Below the pieces are notes generated by a model, which ran no database searches, had not been told where the DNA came from, and worked only from the letters and a program-made list of their open reading frames with translations. Source: a virus. Taken from it: a DNA stretch of 64,000 nucleotides. Of the stretch, positions 19,113-29,879 are shown in pieces; positions within the stretch are counted from its first letter, which is position 1; each line of letters starts with the position of its first letter. The DNA lies in the IMG/VR virus record IMGVR_UViG_3300020165_001964, one strand, 5' to 3'. A program made the position numbers and the translations under genes.

Positions 19113-21131
19113 GTGGGACATAAGTTTAAATTATCAGAGAATTTTATAAATAAATTCAAAAGAAAAAAACCACCATTTGGTTTTAATGGATTGGGAGAGT
19201 TGGTTTACATGAGAACCTATTCCAGAATTAAAGAAGATGGAAAGAATGAAAGATGGTGGGAAACTGTCCAAAGGGTTGTAGAGGGAACATATTCAATGCA
19301 AATGAATCACATTGAATCACATCAGTTAGGTTGGAATCCTTGGCAAGCACAGAAATCTGCACAAGATATGTATGAAAGAATCTTCAACATGAAGTTCTTA
19401 CCACCAGGTCGTGGTTTATGGGCAATGGGAACAGCAATCACAGAAGAAAAAGGATTATATGCTGCACTAAACAATTGTGCGTTCGTATCAACAAAAACAA
19501 TTAAAGAAGATTATTCCAAACCATTTTGTTTCCTAATGGATGCAAGTATGTTAGGTGTTGGAGTAGGTTTTGATACTAAAGGAGCGGGGGAAATAGTTGT
19601 TAAAGGTGTTGATATCAAACGAGATGAACAAACTTTTCAAATACCAGATACTCGTGAGGGTTGGGTAGAATCTTTAAGATTATTATTAGAGAGTTACTTT
19701 CATGGACAAGCACCAGTTCATTTTGATTATAGTTTAATCAGACCTGCAGGAGTTCCAATCAAAGGTTTTGGTGGAGTTAGTTCAGGCCCAGACCCATTAG
19801 AAGAAGTTCACGAAAGTGTTAGACAAGTATTAGAGGGTAACACAGGTAATCCAATCACAATCACCACAATCGTAGATATTATGAATTTAATCGGTAAATG
19901 TGTTGTGGCAGGTAATGTAAGAAGAACTGCAGAGATTGTATTCGGAGACCCACACAATGAAGAGTATTTAGATTTAAAAAATTACAAAGTAAATCCACAC
20001 AGAGAACAATTTGGTTGGACATCTAATAATAGTATATTCGCTGAGTTAGGTATGGATTATACAGAAGCCTCAAAGAGAATAGCAGATAATGGAGAACCAG
20101 GTTTTGCGTGGTTAGAAAATATGAGAAAGTATTCTCGTATGAAGAATGGTGGAGATAACAAAGACCATAGAGTTATGGGTGGTAATCCTTGTTTGGAACA
20201 ATCACTTGAATCCTATGAGTTATGTTGTTTAGTGGAAACATTTCCAGCAAATCACGATTCATTAGAGGATTATCAAAGAACATTAAAGTATGCTTATTTG
20301 TATGCAAAGACTGTTACATTAGGTAGAACACACTGGTCAGATACCAATAGAGTTATGTTGAGAAACAGACGAATTGGTTGTTCAGTAAGTGGTATTGCTC
20401 AATTCATTACCAATCGTGGATTAAATGAGTTGAAAAATTGGTTAGAAGAGGGATATGATACTATACAAGAATGGGATGATATCTATTCAGATTGGTTTGC
20501 TATTCCAAAATCAATTAAAACCACAAGTGTAAAACCAAGTGGGACAGTTTCTTTGTTAGCAGGTTCAACACCTGGATTACATTATCCTGAATCAAGATTC
20601 TATACAAGAAGAATTAGAATATCAATTAATTCTGATTTAGTTGAACCATTGAAAAAAGCAGGTTATAAAATCGAACCAGCATTTGGTTCAGAGGATTCAA
20701 CATTAGTAGTTGAAGTTCCTGTCGATGTAGGAGAGGGTATAAGGACAGTCGGAGAACTATCCATATGGGAACAATTCAGTTTGGCAGCATTTATGCAAAG
20801 ACATTGGGCTGATAACCAAGTGAGTTGTACTGTCACCTTTAATCCAGAAACAGAAGCTGATATGATACCACAAGTATTAAACTATTATCAATATCACCTA
20901 AAGGGTATTTCTCTTTTACCAAGACACGATTACGGAGCATATCGACAAATGCCTTATGAAGCGATTGATGAAAAAACATATAATAAAGATGTTAAGAAGT
21001 TAGGTAAACTAAACTTCGGAGTAATCAAAGCTGAAGAAGCAAATGTAGAGAAGTTTTGTGATGGTGATTTTTGTGATGTAGAAATCACACCTACGACAGG
21101 TGATAATGACGACCAAGATTATGCGAACTAA
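19113..21131 (+). CDS. nrdJ: Class II (adenosylcobalamin-dependent) ribonucleotide reductase, RTPR type
   Basis: RTYSR, PPGRGLW, LNNCAF, GNVRRTAE, GGNPCLEQ, TSVKPSGTVS and a C-terminal FCDGDFC pair; no beta subunit adjacent. Confidence 0.92.
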   Translation: MGHKFKLSENFINKFKRKKPPFGFNGLGELVYMRTYSRIKEDGKNERWWETVQRVVEGTYSMQMNHIESHQLGWNPWQAQKSAQDMYERIFNMKFLPPGRGLWAMGTAITEEKGLYAALNNCAFVSTKTIKEDYSKPFCFLMDASMLGVGVGFDTKGAGEIVVKGVDIKRDEQTFQIPDTREGWVESLRLLLESYFHGQAPVHFDYSLIRPAGVPIKGFGGVSSGPDPLEEVHESVRQVLEGNTGNPITITTIVDIMNLIGKCVVAGNVRRTAEIVFGDPHNEEYLDLKNYKVNPHREQFGWTSNNSIFAELGMDYTEASKRIADNGEPGFAWLENMRKYSRMKNGGDNKDHRVMGGNPCLEQSLESYELCCLVETFPANHDSLEDYQRTLKYAYLYAKTVTLGRTHWSDTNRVMLRNRRIGCSVSGIAQFITNRGLNELKNWLEEGYDTIQEWDDIYSDWFAIPKSIKTTSVKPSGTVSLLAGSTPGLHYPESRFYTRRIRISINSDLVEPLKKAGYKIEPAFGSEDSTLVVEVPVDVGEGIRTVGELSIWEQFSLAAFMQRHWADNQVSCTVTFNPETEADMIPQVLNYYQYHLKGISLLPRHDYGAYRQMPYEAIDEKTYNKDVKKLGKLNFGVIKAEEANVEKFCDGDFCDVEITPTTGDNDDQDYAN

Positions 21132-21147
21132 GAAAAGTTTCACATAC

Positions 21148-21182
21148 TACTGGCAGGCGACACACCAGTATAAAAATGTGTC
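21148..21182 (+). promoter_or_regulatory. H-type RNA pseudoknot in the TonB receptor leader
   Basis: Stem 1 TACTGG/CCAGTA; stem 2 GACACA/TGTGTC. Confidence 0.55.
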
Positions 21183-21206
21183 ATTCACAAGTAAACAAAC
21201 AAGGAG

Positions 21207-23969
21207 ATGATTATGAATAATTATCGTAATCTTATCGCATCAGTATTTATGATGGCAGGATTGTATGCACAATCTATTGTCGGAGTTGTTACTGATGTTG
21301 ACTCACAACCACTTGAGGGAGCTAATATTGTAGTTGTAGGAACAGATGTAGGTGGAGTATCAGATAATTCTGGTGCTTTCAAAATTGATGTTCTATCAGG
21401 TACATACGATGTAACTGCTTCTTTCATAGGTTACTCTTCAATAACGAAATCAGTAGTTGTTGAGGATATAGTTTCAAGTGTTAATTTCATATTAGAAATT
21501 GATTTCTTGGGATTATCAGATGTAGAGGTGTTAGCATCTCGTGCATCTGAAACAACACCTGTTGCTTACACTAATGTTAGTAAAGCTGAAATGGATGTTC
21601 GTCTTGGTTCACAAGACATTCCAATGATTCTTAACACAACACCAAGTGTATATGCAACCCAACAAGGTGGTGGTGCGGGTGATGCTCGTATCAACATTCG
21701 AGGTTTTAATCAACGAAATGTTGCAGTAATGATAAATGGTGTACCACAGAATGACATGGAGAATGGTTGGGTGTACTGGTCTAATTGGGACGGAGTTGGT
21801 GATGCTACATCATCTATTCAGGTTCAAAGAGGACTAAGTGCAGTTAATCTTGCGACTCCATCCATTGGTGGAACAATGAACATTATTACAGACCCAACCG
21901 CGATGGAAAAAGGTGGAAAGTTCAAACAAGAAGCTGGAGATGGGGGTTTTCTAAAGACTACCGCTACCTACCATACTGGTCTCATCGGAGATAAGTTAGC
22001 TTTAAGTGGAACAATTGTTCGTAAAACTGGTGATGGAATTATCGATGGGACATGGACAGATGCATGGGCCTATTATTTCGGTGGTTCTTACGCCGTAAGT
22101 GAAGACCAAAGAGTTGAGTTGTACGCAATAGGTGCACCACAACGACACGGTCAGAACTTATACAAACAAAACATAGCAACATACTCACAAGAGCTTGCAG
22201 GTGATGTTGATGGATATGATACTGATGCATTTGCAGATGGTAACAAATTCGAAACTGAAGCAGGTAGGTTCTACAATCAAAATTGGGCACCAGTAGATGA
22301 ATCATACACTGGTCAACAATATTGGTATATGTATGGAGCAAAAACAACCGATAGATTCAATAAAGGTTTTATAAATGAGAGAGAAAACTTCTTTCATAAA
22401 CCATTAGTGAATCTAAATCACTTCTTAACAATAAATGACAAGACTCGTTTGAGTTCAGTTCTTTATTGGAGTGGTGGTTCTGGTGGTGGTACTGGTACAT
22501 ATGGTAGTGTTTCAAGAACACCTGCAGTTGAGGGAGAAAGATGGTATGCATCTTCGCCTTGGATGTGGGATTGGAACGCAGAGATAGAACAAAACAGAAC
22601 AAACTTCGATGCTGATTATTCTGAAACAGATGCTCGTTCAACAGGTATTCTTCGTAACTCAATTAATCGTCAAGATACATATGGTTTGATTTCAAAATTA
22701 AACTACATTGTTAATGATGAACTTGAATTACAAGTTGGATTAGACTGGAGAACAGCAGGTATCGAACACGCTCGTGAGGTTCGTGATTTATTAGGTGGAG
22801 ACTACTATGTAGATTTCGCTGATGATAATGCACCTGATGGGAAAGTTGTTGGTTTAGGTGATATCATTGCCTATCATAATGAAACCACAGTCGATTGGAT
22901 TGGTGGATTTTTACAAGGTAATTATAATACTGAAAAATTAAACCTATATGGTATGGGTGGATTATCAAGTATTACATACTCTTATGAAGACCACTTTGCT
23001 GTTAATGTAGATGAAGATGGGAACACCATTGATAATCTTGTTAAAGCAGATGCAATCACGACCTATCAGTTAAAAGGTGGTGGATTATATAACATTAACG
23101 ATAATCTTGGAGTATTCCTAAACGCAGGTTTAGTTGAAAAAGCACCAATATTAGACAATGTTATCTACTACGATGGTACAGTCTCAACAGACCCAGCAAA
23201 TGAAAAATTCATTGCTAGTGAGTTTGGAGTGAACTATGGAACTGAAAGGTTCGGAGTTAAAGTTAGTGCTTATAACACCGATTGGAAAGATAGAAACCTT
23301 ACTAAATCTGTTTCAACAGGTCAAGGTTCATCAGGTGATACTGATATTATCTTCTTAACAGGTGTTGACCAAAACCATAAAGGTATTGAGATTGAAACTA
23401 AAGTAAAACCACACGATATGGTTGAACTTGATTTCATCGCATCTTATGGTAGTTGGAAGTTCGTTGGTGATGCCGATGGTACTTACCAAGAACAAGAGTT
23501 TAATGATGATAACCAAGTAATTGGTGTTCAGACTACAGATTACTCTTATGCACTTGATGGATTATGGGTTGGTGATATGCCACAAACATCTTATATTTTA
23601 GGTGTTACTCTTAAACCAATTAAAGGTTTGAGATTACAGGCATTGTACAAAACATATGACAGAAACTTTGCTGATTGGTCACCTGATTCTCGTGAGATTG
23701 AGGGTGATGCCGACAGAACACAAGTTTGGGAAGCCCCAGGTTATTCTAAACTTGATTTACATGCATCATACAATCTTCCAAGTGTTGCTGGTTTAGATTT
23801 GACTCTTACAGGTCATATCTTCAACGCACTTGATGATGTATTTGTACAAGATGCAGTTGACAATAGTCAATACAATGGGTATGGTGATAAACTTCACTTA
23901 CCACATAACGCAGAGGTATTCTTAGGAACACCACGATATGCAAACATTGGATTGACTGTTAATTTCTAA
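21207..23969 (+). CDS. TonB-dependent outer-membrane receptor with N-terminal carboxypeptidase-regulatory-like domain
   Basis: Signal peptide, GVVTD..PLEGANI, plug motifs (INIRGF, INGVP), beta-barrel pattern and C-terminal Phe. Confidence 0.92.
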   Translation: MIMNNYRNLIASVFMMAGLYAQSIVGVVTDVDSQPLEGANIVVVGTDVGGVSDNSGAFKIDVLSGTYDVTASFIGYSSITKSVVVEDIVSSVNFILEIDFLGLSDVEVLASRASETTPVAYTNVSKAEMDVRLGSQDIPMILNTTPSVYATQQGGGAGDARINIRGFNQRNVAVMINGVPQNDMENGWVYWSNWDGVGDATSSIQVQRGLSAVNLATPSIGGTMNIITDPTAMEKGGKFKQEAGDGGFLKTTATYHTGLIGDKLALSGTIVRKTGDGIIDGTWTDAWAYYFGGSYAVSEDQRVELYAIGAPQRHGQNLYKQNIATYSQELAGDVDGYDTDAFADGNKFETEAGRFYNQNWAPVDESYTGQQYWYMYGAKTTDRFNKGFINERENFFHKPLVNLNHFLTINDKTRLSSVLYWSGGSGGGTGTYGSVSRTPAVEGERWYASSPWMWDWNAEIEQNRTNFDADYSETDARSTGILRNSINRQDTYGLISKLNYIVNDELELQVGLDWRTAGIEHAREVRDLLGGDYYVDFADDNAPDGKVVGLGDIIAYHNETTVDWIGGFLQGNYNTEKLNLYGMGGLSSITYSYEDHFAVNVDEDGNTIDNLVKADAITTYQLKGGGLYNINDNLGVFLNAGLVEKAPILDNVIYYDGTVSTDPANEKFIASEFGVNYGTERFGVKVSAYNTDWKDRNLTKSVSTGQGSSGDTDIIFLTGVDQNHKGIEIETKVKPHDMVELDFIASYGSWKFVGDADGTYQEQEFNDDNQVIGVQTTDYSYALDGLWVGDMPQTSYILGVTLKPIKGLRLQALYKTYDRNFADWSPDSREIEGDADRTQVWEAPGYSKLDLHASYNLPSVAGLDLTLTGHIFNALDDVFVQDAVDNSQYNGYGDKLHLPHNAEVFLGTPRYANIGLTVNF

Positions 23970-23980
23970 TAATGTAATTT

Positions 23981-24004
23981 GGGGGGATTTATTTCCCCCC
24001 ATTT
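23981..24004 (+). terminator. Terminator hairpin
   Basis: G-run/C-run stem followed by a T-rich tail. Confidence 0.7.
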
Positions 24005-24029
24005 ATATTAAAAAAGTTATAAATAATAC

Positions 24030-24059
24030 TTGACACATATATGCTTTTTTCACTATATT
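24030..24059 (+). promoter_or_regulatory. Sigma70-like early promoter
   Basis: TTGACA-N18-TATATT. Confidence 0.75.
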
Positions 24060-24064
24060 CACAT

Positions 24065-24421
24065 ATGAAAAACAAAGGATATATTATGAACTTAAATGAG
24101 ACAATTTACAATAGTAATCATATAATGGGTGTAGAAGACTTAAGTGTTAACACTCGTGAGATTCCATTCAATCAGTTAATGACAGAATTTTGTGATGATT
24201 ATGATTCAAGTGATAATTGTGAAGAATTTGCGGTTGTATGGAAAGAGTATCATGGAGAACTACAAATAGAACAGATTTATAACCACGAGACAGGTGAAAT
24301 ATATTGGGAAGATAACTTCGATGATGTAGATACACCAAGTGGTAGAGATTGGAACCCTAACGATGAAATACTTTATTGCAGTATTTTAATGTGGGGTGAG
24401 TTGGAACAAACTATAGGATAA
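24065..24421 (+). CDS. Acidic hypothetical protein (start 24065 or 24086)
   Basis: ORF directly downstream of the promoter. Confidence 0.6.
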   Translation: MKNKGYIMNLNETIYNSNHIMGVEDLSVNTREIPFNQLMTEFCDDYDSSDNCEEFAVVWKEYHGELQIEQIYNHETGEIYWEDNFDDVDTPSGRDWNPNDEILYCSILMWGELEQTIG

Positions 24422-24424
24422 TTA

Positions 24425-26929
24425 GTGTATAAGAACATATATTACGAGAAAAGACGAAACAAAATTCATGTATGGGATGACAAACGCGGACATCTCATTG
24501 TACCTTATAAGAAATATGCATATGTAAAGAATGCAGCAGGTTACCACCACACCTTAGATGGTGATAAAGTAAAGAAAGTATACAAGTGGGATGATGATGA
24601 CCCCAATTTATTCGAGAGTGATGTTCCTATCACCACAAGATTTTTAGTAGACCAATATACAGATTCAGATGATGCAAGTGAGGGATGTAAAACTTTTTTC
24701 TTTGATATCGAGGTAGAAGTTGTAGATGGTTTTCCAGATGTAACAAAAGCAAACGAGAAGATAACTTCTATTGCGTTCTATGATGAGATGATAGAAAAGT
24801 ATTATTGTTATACTTTAGATGAACAGAAAACTATGCAGAATTATGAAAAGGATGATGAGATAGTTGAGTTATTTACAAGTGAACACGACCTATTAACAAA
24901 GTTTTATCAGAAGTATGCAGAGATATCACCTGATATATTAAGTGGTTGGAATTCAGAGTTCTTTGATATCCCTTATCTATATAATCGTAGTGTAAATGTA
25001 TTAGGTAGAGAAGTTGCAAATATGTTATCACCTATTCGTGATGTATATTATAATGAATACAAAAAGAAACATAATATTGCTGGTATCAGTTGTTTAGATT
25101 ATCTCACATTATATCGTAAGTTCTCGCCAATCCAACAATCAAGTTATAGATTAGATTATATCGGTGAAGTAGAAGTTGGTATGAAAAAGATTGAGTATCA
25201 AGGAACACTTAATGATTTGTATGAAAAAGATTTAGATAAGTTTATTAAATATAACATTCGAGATGTACGAATCCTAATCGAGTTAGATAAAAAGTTAGAT
25301 TTTATTGGTATTGCAAGAGGTATAGCACATCTTGGTCATGTACCTTATGAAGATGTTATGATGAGTTCAAGATATCTTGAGGGTGCTATCTTGGTTTACC
25401 TAAAGAAGATGGGTATTGTTGCACCAAACAAACCAAAGAATGTTTATAAGAGAGGTGAGGATGATAAGTTTGAAGGTGCATATGTACAGAAACCACAAGC
25501 AGGTAGACACGATTGGGTATATGATTTAGATATCACAAGTATGTATCCAAGTGTTATTCGTTCTTTAAATATATCACCAGAAACAAAGGTTGGTAAAGTA
25601 GAGGGTTGGGATTCAGTTGAGTTCGTAAAGGGTGATACTATAAAGAATTACACTTTAAAGAATGGACATGGTAAAACAATTGACACAGTCGATAATAAAC
25701 AATTAAAATCCTATTTAGAAGAGACAGGGTTAAGTATATCATCTAATGGTATTATGTATCGTACAGATAAACAAGGATTGATTCCTGCACTTCTAACCAA
25801 ATGGTTCGAAGAAAGAGTTGAGATGAGGAAACTTGTTAATAAATTCCACGAACAAGGTGATAAAAAGAAATCTCAATATTTTGATAGGAGACAATACCTA
25901 CAGAAAATTTTGTTAAACTCATTGTATGGTGTGTTAGGATTACCAGTATTTAGATTTTATGATTTGGATAACGCAGAGGCAACCACATCTACAGGTCAAG
26001 CCTTAATTAAGTTCAGTAAGAAGATTACAAACCACTTTTATAACAAAGAGTTGGGTAATACAGAAGACTATGTGATTTATATAGATACTGATAGTATTTT
26101 TGCCTCTGCGGTTCCATTGATAGAGAATAGGTTTCCAAATCAAAAGTTAAGTGAAACCATGATGACTCAGAGAATTATGGAAGTTTGTGGTGAGGTACAA
26201 GATTTCTTAAATGAGAGTTATAATTACTTTGCAAAACAATTCTTAAATATAGATAACCATGTGTTTGATATTAAACAAGAGGTGGTTGCAAAAACTGCAT
26301 TATTCATTACGAAGAAACGATATGGATTAAGAATTATAAATGATGCAGGTAGAAAGTGTGATAAGGTTCATGTTAAGGGTTTAGATACAGTCAGAAGTAA
26401 CTTTGCAATTGCTATGAAATCATTGTTATCAGATGTATTGGAAGATATCTTGGCAAATGTTCCTAAAGAACAAATCGATGAACGAATTAGTAAGTTCAAA
26501 AGAAATATGCATATGTTACATTATGATGTAATGGCAAATCCAATCGGTGTAAAGGGTATTGGTAAGTATGAAGTAACGGATGAGGATTCATCTTTCAGTA
26601 AATTTAAAAAGGGTGCACCTGTCCATGTGAAATCCGCAATCAATTACAATTCATTATTACAACATTGGTTCGAGGGTAGAAAATATGAGAAGATTGGTAA
26701 TGGTAGTAAGATTAAATGGGTGTATTTAAAAGAGAATACATTTGGATTTGACACCATAGGATATAAAGGTTGGGAAGACCCACCACAAATATTAGATTTT
26801 ATTAAAAATCACATTGACCACAATAGAATGTTTGAACAAGCGATGAGTAAGAAACTCGGTATGTTTTATAAAGCTATGAAGTGGGAAGATGTAGTAGACA
26901 AAGAACAAAGTATTGAAAGATTTTTTTGA
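24425..26929 (+). CDS. Family B DNA polymerase (gp43-like)
   Basis: Exonuclease FDIE and GWNSEFFD; polymerase DITSMYPS, KILLNSLYG, YIDTDS and KKRY. Confidence 0.96.
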   Translation: MYKNIYYEKRRNKIHVWDDKRGHLIVPYKKYAYVKNAAGYHHTLDGDKVKKVYKWDDDDPNLFESDVPITTRFLVDQYTDSDDASEGCKTFFFDIEVEVVDGFPDVTKANEKITSIAFYDEMIEKYYCYTLDEQKTMQNYEKDDEIVELFTSEHDLLTKFYQKYAEISPDILSGWNSEFFDIPYLYNRSVNVLGREVANMLSPIRDVYYNEYKKKHNIAGISCLDYLTLYRKFSPIQQSSYRLDYIGEVEVGMKKIEYQGTLNDLYEKDLDKFIKYNIRDVRILIELDKKLDFIGIARGIAHLGHVPYEDVMMSSRYLEGAILVYLKKMGIVAPNKPKNVYKRGEDDKFEGAYVQKPQAGRHDWVYDLDITSMYPSVIRSLNISPETKVGKVEGWDSVEFVKGDTIKNYTLKNGHGKTIDTVDNKQLKSYLEETGLSISSNGIMYRTDKQGLIPALLTKWFEERVEMRKLVNKFHEQGDKKKSQYFDRRQYLQKILLNSLYGVLGLPVFRFYDLDNAEATTSTGQALIKFSKKITNHFYNKELGNTEDYVIYIDTDSIFASAVPLIENRFPNQKLSETMMTQRIMEVCGEVQDFLNESYNYFAKQFLNIDNHVFDIKQEVVAKTALFITKKRYGLRIINDAGRKCDKVHVKGLDTVRSNFAIAMKSLLSDVLEDILANVPKEQIDERISKFKRNMHMLHYDVMANPIGVKGIGKYEVTDEDSSFSKFKKGAPVHVKSAINYNSLLQHWFEGRKYEKIGNGSKIKWVYLKENTFGFDTIGYKGWEDPPQILDFIKNHIDHNRMFEQAMSKKLGMFYKAMKWEDVVDKEQSIERFF

Positions 26930-26992
26930 TTTTGAGAATTCTTGTATATATGTATATATAGAGAGATTAAATAACAATTAACAAATGGAGAA

Positions 26993-27727
26993 ATGGTTAT
27001 GAACAAAAATGCGTTACTAAGGTTTATCAATAAATACACTCTCGGTGGAGAGATTAAATCTGTGAAGTGGTCTTCCGATGGAACGGCACTATCTACGAGG
27101 TTTATCTCAGGTGATAAATCATTGGTGGGTTCAGTAAAACTTGATAAAATTAAGGATATTGGTCCAAGTGATGTTGGTGTATATAATACATCACAATTAG
27201 TTGCTCTTCTAAATATATTGGGGGAAGATGTCGACTTCCAATATCAACAGATGGGTGATAAGTTTGTAAGTGTTGAGATGGCAGATACTCATGGTACTAA
27301 ATCAAAGTATATGTTGAGTGATTTATCAGTTATCCCTACACCACCAGACTTAAAAAATCTACCAAGTGAGTGGGATTTAGAAATCGAAGTAGATTCCTAT
27401 TTCATTAATACATTCATTGGTGGTAAAAGTGCGTTACCTGATACAGATACATTCACTATTGCTAATTCAGATGGTAAGATAGAAGTTATCATTGGTTTTA
27501 GTAATCAGGCAACAAACAGAGTTACAATTCCTGTCAAAGGTGATTTGACTGGTAAGTTAGATGTTGTATCATTTAATGCAACAATGTTTGCTAATATTCT
27601 AAACGCTAATAAAGAATGTCAGAAGGCAGTTCTTAAAGTTAGTTCACAAGGTATTGCAACGATTAGTTTTAATATTGATGATTACTATTCGGAGTACTAC
27701 TTAGTAGCAACACAACAAGTTAACTAA
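26993..27727 (+). CDS. Sliding clamp (gp45-like)
   Basis: Size, position between PolB and the clamp loader, and GVYNTSQLVALL resembling gp45. Confidence 0.75.
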   Translation: MVMNKNALLRFINKYTLGGEIKSVKWSSDGTALSTRFISGDKSLVGSVKLDKIKDIGPSDVGVYNTSQLVALLNILGEDVDFQYQQMGDKFVSVEMADTHGTKSKYMLSDLSVIPTPPDLKNLPSEWDLEIEVDSYFINTFIGGKSALPDTDTFTIANSDGKIEVIIGFSNQATNRVTIPVKGDLTGKLDVVSFNATMFANILNANKECQKAVLKVSSQGIATISFNIDDYYSEYYLVATQQVN

Positions 27728-28941
27728 TGTACTTAGAGTACTTTAACAAGTTCAAGAATATGGAACCATATCTTTTTATTGGTGAAGAGGAATGGGAACA
27801 CATCAAGAATACTTTTGATAAAGACGATGTAAAAGAATCTTTGGCAAAAGTTGCGATGGAATATCCCATTCCTTATGCCAGTATTTCTGAGGATGATGCA
27901 TTTGATGCTCTCAAGAAACTAAAGGGTATGAGACACAACGAAATACTCGTTGAGGGAGAATGGTTCGCTCGTGAGGGTACTGATTTTAAATACGATTTAA
28001 CATTCGAGGGTAAACAACAATACTTTAAACGAATCAATACTGGTAACAAAGCAAGTAATTTCTTTCAACAAGTAAATCGATGGAGTGTTGATGGTACAAT
28101 TGCACCAGGTCCAAAGAGAACTTGGGAAACCGAAAAGTATATGACGAGTTTGATGGGTTCTGCATACTCACTTAAGTTATCAAAGATAGATGCAGGTAAC
28201 TTGAGAATTATGTTGAGTTTGAGAAAATATATTTGTTCTCAATTTAAACCAAATGTTGCCAAGGTATTGTATGATAAGTTAGGAAGTAAAAGTATATTGG
28301 ATTTCTCAGCAGGTTGGGGAGATAGATTGGCTGGATTCTATGCAAGTGAAACAGGTGAGTTTTACATGGGTATAGACCCACGAAAAGAAAATCATCCCAT
28401 CTATCATGAACAATCAGAGTTCTACGATAAACACAGAACTATGTTTGAAGTTCCTAAGAAGAGTATGTTTGTAGAACATCCTGCAGAGGATTTTGAATAC
28501 AAAAAGAATTCGTATGATACGGTCTTTACATCACCACCTTATTTTAATGTTGAGAGATATAGTTATGATGATACACAAAGTTGGGTTAGATATAAAACTA
28601 TTGATGAGTGGAATAAAAACTTTTTACAACATACACTAAAAAAAATATGGCCTTCTATCAAGAGAGGTGGATATTTATTAGTGAACATAAGTGATGTTTA
28701 CGCAAGTAGTGGTGGTAGTAAGAAGTGGTTAGAGATATGTAATCCTATGAATGATTTCTTAAGTACACTAAGTGATTCAGAGTATCAAGGTTGTATTGGA
28801 ATGGAGATGGCTAAACGACCTAATAGTGGTGGGGCAGGAACAGCATCAGAAGATAGATACAAAGACGAAACAAAGGAACTGGCAGAACAGACGAAAGATA
28901 AAACATTTTGTGAACCAATATGGGTATGGAAAAAGTATTAA
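27727..28941 (+). CDS. SAM-dependent amino (N4C/N6A) DNA methyltransferase-like protein
   Basis: LDFSAGWG motif I and FTSPPYF motif IV. Confidence 0.8.
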   Translation: MYLEYFNKFKNMEPYLFIGEEEWEHIKNTFDKDDVKESLAKVAMEYPIPYASISEDDAFDALKKLKGMRHNEILVEGEWFAREGTDFKYDLTFEGKQQYFKRINTGNKASNFFQQVNRWSVDGTIAPGPKRTWETEKYMTSLMGSAYSLKLSKIDAGNLRIMLSLRKYICSQFKPNVAKVLYDKLGSKSILDFSAGWGDRLAGFYASETGEFYMGIDPRKENHPIYHEQSEFYDKHRTMFEVPKKSMFVEHPAEDFEYKKNSYDTVFTSPPYFNVERYSYDDTQSWVRYKTIDEWNKNFLQHTLKKIWPSIKRGGYLLVNISDVYASSGGSKKWLEICNPMNDFLSTLSDSEYQGCIGMEMAKRPNSGGAGTASEDRYKDETKELAEQTKDKTFCEPIWVWKKY

Positions 28942-28955
28942 CAAAAAGGAATAAC

Positions 28956-29879
28956 ATGGAAGAAATTAAAAACACATTATGGGTAGAAAAATATCGGCCG
29001 TCGAAACTTGACAGCTACATAGGTAACCAACACCTAAGAAGTAAAGTCAAGGTCTACATCGAGAGTGGAGATTTACCACACCTTTTACTATACGGACGTG
29101 CTGGTACAGGTAAAACCACTCTCGCTAAATTACTTGTTAATAATATAGAGTGTGATTATCTTTACATCAACGCATCTGATGAGAATAGTGTGGATGTGGT
29201 TCGTGATAAAGTAAAGAACTTTGCATCAACACTTGGATTCAAAGAGATGAAAGTTATTATCTTGGATGAGTGTGATTACATTACACCAAATGCTCAGGCA
29301 GCACTAAGAAATCTAATGGAAACATTTAGTAAGAATTGTAGGTTTATCTTAACTTGTAATTATGTTGAGAGAATCATTGACCCAATTCAAAGTAGATGTC
29401 AATCATTTCAAATCATTCCACCAGATAGAAAAGAAGTTGCAGTTCATTTAAATACCATCCTAACAAAAGAGGGAGTTAAATCAGATATTGAAGATATTGT
29501 AACCATAGTTAATGGTGGTTTTCCTGATTTAAGAAGAGTGATTAATGCCGCACAAAGACAAGTAGTGAATGGTGAGTTGGTTATTGATGAGGGTATGAGT
29601 ATTCAGAATGATTACAAGAACCAAGTATTAGAAATCTTGAAAACACAAGATAAGAAGAATTGTTTTAAAAATATAAGACAACTATTAGCAGATTCAAAGG
29701 TAACAGATTTCTCTGATTTATTCAGATTGTTATTTGATACAGTCGATGATTGGGGTAGAGGTCATGTGGCTGAGTGTATTTTAGTTTTGGCTCAGTATCA
29801 ACAAAGTGATGCAGTAGTGGTAGATAAAGAAATTAACATTATGGCAATGTTTATTGAAATTATTGGCAAGGTAAAGTGA
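28956..29879 (+). CDS. Clamp loader AAA+ subunit (gp44/RFC-like)
   Basis: WVEKYRP, GRAGTGKT, NASDE, LDECD and SRC. Confidence 0.95.
   Translation: MEEIKNTLWVEKYRPSKLDSYIGNQHLRSKVKVYIESGDLPHLLLYGRAGTGKTTLAKLLVNNIECDYLYINASDENSVDVVRDKVKNFASTLGFKEMKVIILDECDYITPNAQAALRNLMETFSKNCRFILTCNYVERIIDPIQSRCQSFQIIPPDRKEVAVHLNTILTKEGVKSDIEDIVTIVNGGFPDLRRVINAAQRQVVNGELVIDEGMSIQNDYKNQVLEILKTQDKKNCFKNIRQLLADSKVTDFSDLFRLLFDTVDDWGRGHVAECILVLAQYQQSDAVVVDKEINIMAMFIEIIGKVK

Noticed and set aside
21132-21206. Cobalamin riboswitch before the TonB receptor
   Set aside because: The gap is only 75 nt and has no B12-box-like sequence.
15294-26929. Inteins or introns in RecA, helicase, RNR or PolB
   Set aside because: Lengths are normal and the motifs are contiguous.
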